47,956 nucleotides of DNA, taken from contig NC_068982.1 in the NCBI RefSeq assembly GCF_001194135.2, positions 175,804,440-175,852,395 of the forward strand, read 5' to 3'. How positions within the stretch are numbered: the first letter of the stretch is position 1; every line of letters starts with the position of its first letter. Of the stretch, positions 1 through 9,530 are shown in pieces. The DNA comes from Octopus bimaculoides. Its lineage: Eukaryota. The notes under the pieces are model-generated. The model saw only the letters and a list, made by a program, of their open reading frames with translations. It made no database searches and was not told the DNA's origin. The translations under genes and the position numbers were made by a program.

Positions 1-212
1 TGTGTATCTGCATTTGTCCCCCAACATCACTTGACAACTGATGCTGGTGTGTTTACGTCCCCGTAACTTAGCGGTTCGGCAAAAGACACCGATAGAATAA
101 GTACTAGGCTTACAAAGAATAAGTCCTGGGGTCGATTAGCTCGACTAAAAGGCATTGCTCCAGCATGGCCGCAGTCAAATGACTGAAACAAGTAAAAGAG
201 TAAAAGAGTACA
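1..212 (+). mobile_element. SINE family A (CR1-type tail), 3' half
   Basis: Body ...ttagcggttcggcaaaagacaccgatagaataagtactagg... and tail gctccagcatggccgcagtcaaatgactgaaacaagtaaaagag match the reverse-strand copies at 17875-18060 and 28990-29160; runs into (AT)n. Confidence 0.85.
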
Positions 213-252
<40 letters not shown>

Positions 253-400
253 GTCTTTCATTATTTGTTTCAGTCGTTAGACTACAGCCATGCTGGGGCA
301 CCACCTTGAAAGGTTTAGTGGAACAAATTACCCCCAGTACTTTTCTTACCTGTTTTAAGTTTGGTTCTAATTCTATCAGTCACTTTTTATTGAACCACTA
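253..400 (-). mobile_element. SINE family A tail, diverged, tail-to-tail with the copy at 1-212
   Basis: tttgtttcagtcgttagactacagccatgctggggcacc is the reverse complement of the family A tail. Confidence 0.7.
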
Positions 401-526
401 AATATTACTATATTTAACTCACACTCCCTTTATATATTATGTGTGTGTGTGGTGTGTGTACATTATATACACACATACACACACATATATATCATATATA
501 TGTGTGTATATTATATGTATGCGTAT

Positions 527-800
527 AAGGTATTCGGCTCACAGCTGTAAGGTCATGAGTTCAGTTCCCTGCAGCGTGTTGTGTCCTTGGGCATGACACT
601 TTTATTTCCTCTTACTCCAGTCCACTCAGATGGCAAAAATGAATTGTATCTGTATTTCAAAGGGCCAGCCTTCTCACAAACTGTATCATGCTGACTCTCC
701 CTCAGAATTACATTAAGGATACACAACCATCCGCACATTAATGTCATAAACAGGCTTCATCAGATCAACTGGAACCCTCATTGTCATAACTGATGGAGTA
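527..800 (+). mobile_element. tRNA-derived SINE family C
   Basis: Degenerate tRNA-like head (B-box-like gagttcagttcc) followed by gtgttgtgtccttgggcatgacact; homologous to the reverse copy at 11325-11605. Confidence 0.7.
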
Positions 801-3436
801 CCATTAGCATGTGTATGTGAATATATATATATATATATATAATGACCCCCAAAAATGAAGAAATATGAAGAAAAAACACAAGAAAAAACAACAATGTGCA
901 GATGTGATACATGTAGAGTATTAGCAGATGCTCAGGGAAGGAAAGAAAGGTAGTTTTATGTTTCAAGCAAAGCTCTTCGTCAGAAACAGGAGACAGAGGA
1001 AAGTCCAAGAAGAAAGGAAGACGGAGGAAAAAAAATCGCAAACGATCCACATGTCATTACATTTTGTGCATATATATACATACACACACACACATATATA
1101 TATATACATATATGTGCACATGTTTATCCCCAAGTATAACAACACACATACATATATATTTACAGACAGTATTGTGTTCAAAAGACCAGGGGAAATATCT
1201 TGAAAATGAAACAGAGACACACACAAAGGGTTCTATAGCCCTTTAGTTACTTTGCATCTTTGTAAATGTTCTCTTGCTGGAGTGCGCAGAAGTTATTGAA
1301 GTCACATTTGCTGTATGTATCTAAAGAAAATTTAACACCTATTAATCCGCAGTTACATAACTCAAACAGCCATTATACTAATGAGAAATAGATTACTTAT
1401 TTGATACATTCAATTATATATATATATAAATGCATATGAAAATATGCAACATAACCAATCTTTGCAATGCAGTTCTTAAAATGCATTACTTGTTTGCTGA
1501 AGTATTGCATCCTATTTATTGACACACATGAAGCAATGTGCTAATTGCAAGTGCACTGAGGGCCTTTAGTGCAGCTTGACAGTTGTCACATAATCAATGA
1601 GATTAATTTTGATGCTGACAGGAAAGGATAAGCAGATTGTGCTTCTCAATACCATCAAAACAAATTGAGTTAGTAAACTAGATTTATTTAAAAAGAAAAA
1701 AAGTGGAGGACTCCAATTATGCAATGAAAATATTTAGCTAATCAGGTTGGCTCCTAAAAGACATTACAACTTTAGTTATATACTAAAAATATGACAAAAT
1801 AGTTCATAGTTTGAACAAGAGTTTGAAAATAGAGCTAAGTTTCCCAATAAGCAAATTTAGTTTGTGACACAGGATCAAATTATGGTTCAGTAATTTCTTT
1901 TTTTTTTTTTCTTTTCTAACATATTTATACCATGATTCAGATTTGGAACTGTTTTGGTTTCCAAATATGAAATGTAACCAGTATTTTGTTATATCAGCAA
2001 AAATCTGTCTAATGGTCTTCTTTGTAAACAGGTAGAAATTTTTTTGAATCTAGTTAAAACAATTTATGCATTCCAAAATTGTTCATTGAAAATCAGTCAA
2101 GCTTTGAGCACAGCTTATAAAAAGGGTTAATGAACAGGCAGTCAAGACACAATCAGAGACAGAGGTGGACAAACAAACAGAAGAGAGATGCAGTCATGTG
2201 TAAAGTTAGGCTCAGTTCAAGATCAGTTGTTTTCAACAAGACCAATCAGTATGATTGATCATTCTGCAACACCCAATGACTAGACTACTACTGACTTATA
2301 AATCTTCCTTGGCATAAGACATTTGTAGATANNNNNNNNNNNNNNNNNNNNGTCTCTCTTTATCTCTTTCATCAACACACAATCACACAAGATATTACTA
2401 AATTATTAAGGCAAGCACAGTATTCTGTTACAGAAGCAGGCCACACAGATCTGGTCAATGGAAAAATGAAGATAACATAGATGATTATGAAGTATTATGA
2501 AGAGTTGACAAAAATGTAATACCTTGTATACCTTGATTAACACTGCTGTGTTCAAAGTCCAGATGTTTCACTCCTGTAAGTTATAACTGTAAATAGGGAC
2601 AAAAGCAGCTCGCAAATGTAGGCAGATGCAACACTCAGTAAACTTGCAAGCAATACTGACTTCAAATGCCCTAACAGGCTTGAAAACTATAAAGCAAAAT
2701 CTGCTCTAATTCTCAGTCAGAGATCAACGTTTCCATTGCCTCAATTTCTCCAGATATATAGGATATTGTTCTTATTATTAATTGCATGTGATAGTAGCTA
2801 ACCTGAAACATAGCATTCTATATGAAATAACTCCTCACACACATAGCTACCACCAGGTATATATTTCATTTTATAACAAAAGGATCCATAATGATGGATA
2901 ATGAAGATAAGTACAGGGAAGCTCCTACAGAGTGAATACTATTTTCTTTCACTTACCTGGATTATCTCAGATATCTTTGATAAAGGTACAGATGTCACTC
3001 TCCCATTTACATAGATTGATTACTTAGAAACTTTACATATTTTAGGCAAAGTAGGAAACTGATGATGTTTGAGCTGAGTAATTCAACAACAGTTTTACCT
3101 GGAGGCTGAGTTGATGTTATTTGGAAAATTATACGCAAAATAAGGTCTTCTTTAAGAAAAATTTTATTTTGCATATAATTTATTCATATTTTTAAAATGT
3201 TAGTCATGCTTGTTACGCCTACCAAAACTAATTTTTTAGTATCCTTTCACTGTATTGTAATGTTTAATTTTCGTGACCTCTACTGTAAAGCTAAGAAATT
3301 ATCATAAATATTATTTTCAGCTACAGTGTACAGTGTATCATAAGGTAGTTATTTTCTCTGTACTCTGAGTTGATAGCATGGTGAGTGCTAGTTAGCCATT
3401 CAATCCTTCTGGGATGGACAAAAAAATAAATACTGG

Positions 3437-3620
3437 GGAGGTGACAGAGCAGATAAAATGACTACAAAATTCTCAAAACTCGGTGCCATGTTAATTAAGT
3501 TTTCATATGTTGAATGTTCAAATTCTGCTGGAGTGGAGAAAAAAAGTTTTCAGTCAAATACTGGGGTAGATACAATCAATTATATCCCTCCCTCAATGTG
3601 TAACTTATATTAGAAACATT
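3437..3620 (+). mobile_element. SINE family B, strongly diverged
   Basis: gttcaaattctgctggag and atactggggtagatacaatcaatt align with family B copies at 12045-12430. Confidence 0.55.
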
Positions 3621-3845
3621 TATATTATTCTGCTTGTCACAAAACATGTTCGAGTGTTACGCTTGTAATACCTTTGACTATGGAATGAAATCAAAGATAT
3701 AATAGAAATCATAATTAACACATCGAAACAAGTTTGAGTGCTGTGCAAATACCTTAGCTATGGAACATAATCAAAACCTTTGATCTAATGAAACAATCTT
3801 ATAAAGTATGTAAATGAGTCATCAAAACAGAAAATATATATATGT

Positions 3846-3925
3846 ATTCTTTTATTGGTTACAATCATTTGACTGTGGTTATGCTGGAGGACCACACATT
3901 GTCAAACAAATCGACCCCAGGATAG
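3846..3925 (-). mobile_element. SINE family A tail fragment
   Basis: atcatttgactgtggttatgctggag...caaatcgaccccaggat, adjacent to (AT)n. Confidence 0.65.
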
Positions 3926-4769
3926 ATTTTGTATGTGGCAGATGCACATGAGCAATAAACACTGAAAATGTGCAGAAAACAACTTCTGCCACATTCCAGA
4001 GAGAAAAACTAGAAGTAGTTGATAGCTTCCGTTACCTAGGTGACCAAGTCAGTAGCAGGAGAGCGTGCGCTGAAAGTGTAGCTGCTAGCATAAGAATAGC
4101 CTGGGCAAAGTTCAGAGAGCTTTTACCTCTGCCTCTCGCTCAGAGTAAAAGGCAGACTGTATGACGCACGTGTACAAACAGCCATGCTACATGGCAGTGA
4201 AACACGGGCCGTGACTGCTGAAGATATGCGTAAGCTCGCAAGAAATGAAGCCAGTAAGCTCCGATGGATGTGCAATGTCAGTGTGCAGTACCTTGAGAGG
4301 AAAGTTGGACCTAAGAAGCATCAGTTGTGGTGTGCAAGAGAGACGATTGAGCTGGTATGGTCATGTGGCAAGATTGGATGAGGATAGCTGTGTGAAAAAG
4401 TGCCACACCCTAGCGGTTGAGGGAACCTGTGGAAAAGGTAGACCCAGGAAGACCTGGGATGAGGTGGTGAAGCATGACCTTCGAACATTGGGTTTCACCA
4501 AGGCAATGACTAGTGACCGAGACCTTTGGAAATATGCTGTGCTTGAGAAGACCCGGCAAGCCAAGTGAGACCATAATCTGTGGCCTCTGCCAGGGGTGTA
4601 GCCAGCTCACTTATTCGTACCGTTACTTCATTAGACACTAAACTCTGCTTGCGAAGACCTGTCAAGGCAAGTGAAATCGAAATCGGACCAGATTCAACGA
4701 CTCCCATGCCAACCTTTCCTTCATTGGACACTAAATTGCTTGTGAAGACCTGTTGGGGTAAGTAAAATC
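3926..4769 (+). mobile_element. RTE-clade LINE, 3' part of ORF2 (frameshifted) plus start of 3' UTR
   Basis: Frames give LEVVDSFRYLGDQV...IRIAWAKFRELLPL, MLHGSETRAVT...LRWMCNVS and RRLSWYGHVARLDEDSCVKKC...GKGRPRKTWDEVVKHDL. These are post-RT motifs typical of RTE ORF2, ending at the stop at 4568. Confidence 0.9.
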
Positions 4770-4817
4770 AACTTGACCTCTGGCTCACAAGGATCTCGGT
4801 GAGCCAGAGGTCAAGTT
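4770..4817. repeat. Perfect 19-bp inverted repeat with 10-nt loop at the RTE/CR1 junction
   Basis: aacttgacctctggctcac (4770-4788) and gtgagccagaggtcaagtt (4799-4817). Confidence 0.95.
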
Positions 4818-5735
4818 CACGTTTGAAAACATCCACATCCACCCCATGAAGGCTCCTCAGATGCCTTGGCAGACAATTAAATAGCTGTTGATGTTATCAA
4901 TAGTTGCCATTTCACAATGTGTGTCTTCGGGGTCAAAGAACCTATCTGGCACAGTCACTTGTAGCTTCCCCAGAGGTATGCTGAAAGCACTCTTGTATTG
5001 TGCATTCAGTAATTCACTGATCCTCTGGGGTCCGCAGTTAGTGAGCTGTTGTCATCTAGTAGAGGCCCTATTTTGTAACGCTCTGAAGCAGATTCTCTCG
5101 CATATCTATAGAAGGCTTTAGGGTCCGCTTTAAAGTTTCTGATAGCCGTAGCTTCCTTTTCTGCTCTTTAATTTTCATGGGAAAGTTTGAGTGCGTTTTC
5201 AATCTCAAGCAAGGTGCATTTGAGGTGGATTCGTTTGAAATCTTTTAGATGTCCATTTAGACAGTTTGAGATTTTTGCTCTTCATCTCACTAGTACCCTC
5301 CTATCCCTGGGTATTATATCTTTTTCTTCACCCGTTGATTTGGTGTTCTCTTTGGAGTAAACTTACTTCAGGTATCATATATGGTTGCCATGAAGTTCTG
5401 TAGTTTCATGTCGATGCTTTCCCCAGAGAGGATGGTGGACCAGTTACATTTCAGGACCTGTTCCTCAATGCCCTTCCAGTCAGCTTTGTGGAAATTCAGG
5501 CTAAAGATGAGATGAGCGTTTCTAGTATCTTGTATGTCCATGGTCTTTTGTGGTCCATACAACATTAGTTCTATTAAATTATGGTCCGAAAAAAGCGTTG
5601 GTGTCACTTTCACATCTTGTATGAGTGCCAAGCTGTTTGTGAAACATAGGTACAGAATATTCTTTCCCCTTGTGGAGTGATGCACCATCTACTCCATAAA
5701 GAGTGCGTCAGTGAAGTCAAGCAAAGACTCTGCAT
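4770..5735 (-). mobile_element. CR1-clade LINE relic: endonuclease end plus linker joined to the ORF2 C-terminus (RT domain deleted)
   Basis: Minus frames give TRGKNILYLCFTN...FSDHNLI...NFHKADW (end of APE domain), FYRYAREK...IGPLLDDNSSLTADPQRISELLNAQYKSAFS (linker), then QLFNCLPRHLRSLHGVDVDVFKRELDLWLTEI (ORF2 C-terminus, compare 8770-8870). Confidence 0.8.
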
Positions 5736-5737
5736 CT

Positions 5738-5885
5738 AACTATCTATCTATCTATATATATATCTATCTATATATATATATCTGTAAAAGTATGTGACAC
5801 TTATTCAGTAGCCATATTTTTACAGATAAATTCCTCTATTTGCATAATATCGAGGTCTCTTTCTTTCTTTTGTTGCCATTCATGT

Positions 5886-5935
<50 letters not shown>

Positions 5936-6039
5936 ATATGCACATTTATACACACACACACACATATAGATATATATTCTTGAATCTCTGCGAGTGCTGT
6001 AAACAATCATTCGTTGTTACAATATATAACAGAATATAC

Positions 6040-6074
<35 letters not shown>

Positions 6075-6140
6075 CACAAATATATATATATATATAAATA
6101 TATGTATGTATACACCCACACACACCCACACATACATATA
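5738..6140. repeat. Compound (ATCT)n/(AT)n/(CA)n microsatellite block
   Basis: Direct reading. Confidence 0.9.
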
Positions 6141-6523
6141 GAATCAATAAATTTAGGCCATTTTATCGATTTATTTGAAGAAAACGTCCAACAAAATTTG
6201 AATAAAAAAAATACAACGGTAACAGTTACAAGAGACCAAGTCCGCTTAAAAGATCAAAAGGGAAGATCAAAAGCGATCAATAATGACAAATTGATTTACT
6301 CGTAAAATATACATGTCGTTTATGTGTTCTAAAAAATAAAGTCAACGCTTTCATGCCTTCACTCAAGACACATACACAAACGTGTCTTTGTTTGTCTGTG
6401 TGTCGATCTCAAAATTTCCTAGAAAAATTCTGCTTCATCTATATATTTAGATTCGCTTGACTGATGCACAAGCGCACCGATCCATACAAACACACAACCT
6501 AATAAACGCGCGCGTACGTGCAC

Positions 6524-6555
<32 letters not shown>

Positions 6556-6829
6556 ACGAGCTAACAAGATTATGCACAAACACACAGACATGGAAAGCAA
6601 TAAAATCTACATGCATTCAGACATACACATGAACGGCTATAAAATTCAAATGCGTTAGATCACACACCATCTACACAGATGGAATTAAATGGGTACATAC
6701 ATGAACATACACATACGCACAGAAGCATAGCTACATACAAATATACATACACCAGATAATAACGCACAAAAGTATAATCGAATGCATAAACATGCGTACA
6801 AACTAACCCAAATGAACACACGTAAACGC

Positions 6830-6907
6830 GCGCGCATACACACGAACACACACGCACGCACCCATGCGCGCATACACACGAACACACACGCACGCACCCA
6901 TGCGCGC
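6830..6907. repeat. 36-bp perfect tandem duplication within CA/CG-rich low-complexity DNA
   Basis: gcgcgcatacacacgaacacacacgcacgcacccat at 6830-6865 and 6866-6901. Confidence 0.9.
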
Positions 6908-7287
6908 GTTTGTAAAAATATAGAGAGGTCATGTCCCTTAACAGTTATTATTATTCAACATCTGGGTTATATGAGGTAGGAGAGGAGGGAGCGAGTGGAA
7001 TGGGAGAGCCGAACATAAAGAAATAGAGTGGGGAGTAGTAAGAGATGGTTGAAAAGAGAAATATAGAAAAAAAAGAAACACACACACACACAAAAAAGAA
7101 ACGTAAGGATAGAGATAGAAAGTGATTGGGTATGGGAGGTTATACAGAAAAAGAATCAAGATAGAAAACAAGGGGAAAGAAAGAGGAAAGAGTTAGAGAG
7201 AGTGGAAACGGGGAAACCAAGAGCTAGAAAAATGAAAGAATTGGCGACGAACACACGCACACACACACGCACTGGCGATAGCGGATC

Positions 7288-7380
7288 ACCGTCGTTCGAC
7301 GATGAGGATTGAGTTGTTCGATCAACTGAATTACCTGCTCCTGAATTCGGTTGGGCGTGGTTGAGCATTCTACAACCTTA
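7288..7380 (-). mobile_element. SINE family C tail fragment
   Basis: ccgtcgttcgacgatgaggattgagttgttcgatcaactgaattacctgctcc resembles 11331-11400 and 36945-37000. Confidence 0.55.
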
Positions 7381-7937
7381 AGNNNNNNNNNNNNNNNNNN
7401 NNNNNNNNNNNNNNNNNNNNNNNNNNNNNNNNNNNNNNNNNNNNNNNNNNNNNNNNNNNNNNNNNNNNNNNNNNNNNNNNNNNNNNNNNNNNNNNNNNNN
7501 NNNNNNNNNNNNNNNNNNNNNNNNNNNNNNNNNNNNNNNNNNNNNNNNNNNNNNNNNNNNNNNNNNNNNNNNNNNNNNNNNNNNNNNNNNNNNNNNNNNN
7601 NNNNNNNNNNNNNNNNNNNNNNNNNNNNNNNNNNNNNNNNNNNNNNNNNNNNNNNNNNNNNNNNNNNNNNNNNNNNNNNNNNNNNNNNNNNNNNNNNNNN
7701 NNNNNNNNNNNNNNNNNNNNNNNNNNNNNNNNNNNNNNNNNNNNNNNNNNNNNNNNNNNNNNNNNNNNNNNNNNNNNNNNNNNNNNNNNNNNNNNNNNNN
7801 NNNNNNNNNNNNNNNNNNNNNNNNNNNNNNNNNNNNNNNNNNNNNNNNNNNNNNNNNNNNNNNNNNNNNNNNNNNNNNNNNNNNNNNNNNNNNNNNNNNN
7901 NATATATATTGTTTGTTTTTATGTTCATGAATAACCC

Positions 7938-8290
7938 TTTCTACTATAGGTACAAGGTCTGAAATCTGTAGCAAGGGGCCAGTCGATTATATCGACCCCA
8001 ATACACAACTGGTACTAATTTTATTGACCCCGAAAAGATAAAAGGCAAAATCGACCTCGGTGGAATTTGAACTCAGAACGTAAAAACGGACGAAATGCCG
8101 CTAAGCATTTTGCCCGGCGTGTTAACGATTCTGCCAGCTCGCTGCAATTTTATGTTCGGTTATAATAGTTTCAAATTTTGGCACAAGACTAGCAAATTTT
8201 GGGGAGGGACTGAGTCGATTTAATCGACCCGGGCGGCATTTGAACTCAGAACATAACGTTGGAAGAAATGATTCTGCCAGCTCGCCACCT
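7938..8290 (-). mobile_element. Two tandem SINE family B copies (second internally deleted)
   Basis: Reverse complement of ...ttctgagttcaaattccaccgaggtcgattttgccttttatcttttcggggtcaataaaattagtaccag... at 7938-8145 and a shorter copy at 8165-8290. Confidence 0.85.
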
Positions 8291-8369
8291 TATGTTCAGT
8301 TATAATGAAAACAATTTTACATTAATCTGATGGGTTGCTCAATATTTTTATTCTCTACAGTACAAATTT

Positions 8370-8455
8370 ATTATTTTTAAACAATAAACAGTCTGACGAT
8401 GGCATAGATGGCCGAAACTTCGAAGTCACTGTCAACAATATTGTTTAAGAATAAT
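8370..8455 (+). ncRNA. Type I hammerhead ribozyme motif
   Basis: Stem I ACAGU(8388-92)/ACUGU(8428-32). Core CUGACGA (8393-99), then an extra U (8400). Stem II GGC/GCC with 7-nt loop. GAAAC (8414-18). Palindromic stem III ACUUCGAAGU. Cleavage triplet GUC (8425-27). Distal stem I is 17 bp (8370-86/8439-55, one G-U) beyond a 1x6 internal loop. Confidence 0.8.
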
Positions 8456-8475
8456 ACAGACAGATCGATCAGACT

Positions 8476-9022
8476 GACAAACATACGGTGGCGGAACTTG
8501 AGGCAATCCAGTACCACTACACAAAGAAAATTGAATCGGTGAAACAGATGAGCTATTAGGAGAGGCTAAAAGAATTGAAGCTCCATGTCCTAGAGAAAAG
8601 ACGTGAAAAACATGCAGTGATATACATGAGAAGATCCTGGAAGGTTTTGCTCCCAACTTTGAAACTTTCAAGCTATCCCAACCACCGAACAGGACACTGT
8701 GTAGTACTAAAGATCCTGTCTTCATCTAGAATAAGGACTCAGTACTGTGATAGTTAAGGTTTCAAGGGTCCACAACTGTTCACAATTCTGTCAAACAACA
8801 TCAGAGATTTGCGAGGTGTAGATGTGAAGGTTTTCAAAGAGCGTCTGGACAAATTTTAATCTGAGATATCAGATCAATTCGCATCGGGACAGGAGGCACA
8901 ATCAAGAGCAGCTATGTCCAACTCGCTACCTCACCAGAAGCAATACAGAACAGAAACCCAATCACACTAAAAGGTGGTGCCCCAGCGTGGCCTCAGCCTC
9001 TGGCTGAAACCAGTAAAAGATA
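8476..9022 (+). mobile_element. CR1-clade LINE 3' end (ORF2 C-terminus, 3' UTR, tail)
   Basis: LEAIQYHYTKKIESVKQMSY*ERLKELKLHVLEKRR and NNIRDLRGVDVKVFKERLDKF; ends ggtgccccagcgtggcctcagcctctggctgaaaccagtaaaaga then (AT)n. Confidence 0.85.
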
Positions 9023-9063
<41 letters not shown>

Positions 9064-9239
9064 TGTTTCTCCCTCTACCACTCTCTCTCTTCCCTTTACA
9101 CCGGCATGGTCACATGCTTCCGGTCAATAATCCTTTCCTTCCTTGGCTATCGCCGAGCAAACGCACGAACAACTTCGTCCCTTTCAAGTTCGTGCTTCAC
9201 AGCGTTCATACACACATAATTTTTCTCGTCTGGCCGTAA

Positions 9240-9485
9240 AGCCTTTTCTGTTTGGTTTCCTGTCTTGTTTTTTTGTCCGCCACTACATTCCTTTTAAGAC
9301 TGACACATGTACGCTACTTTTACGAGTTGGTTTTAAAAATCAGATCCACCCTAATCTTATCCAAAAATGTTGATTGACTGATTTTATATTTTCAACTGTT
9401 TCTAGATTTTGTCTATTGGTGGATAATCTCATTTGTTCGAATTTCATGTGTGCGCGTGTGTATATGTTTATATACATATACAAAC

Positions 9486-9530
<45 letters not shown>

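Noticed and set aside
1700-2130. Segment ending AAAAGGG|TTAA like a piggyBac right end
   Set aside because: No matching left end could be located.
2953-3150. Two minus-strand donor-like sites (CAG|GTAAGT near 2957, CAG|GTAAAA near 3099) and a possible 51-nt exon
   Set aside because: The stronger donor has an in-frame stop upstream and no good acceptor; the 51-nt peptide is unrecognisable.
7224-7974. Long ORFs of 130-310 aa in the track (also near 19180, 28955, 33503, 42039)
   Set aside because: They are open only because they cross N gaps and (AT)n tracts (IYIYIY).
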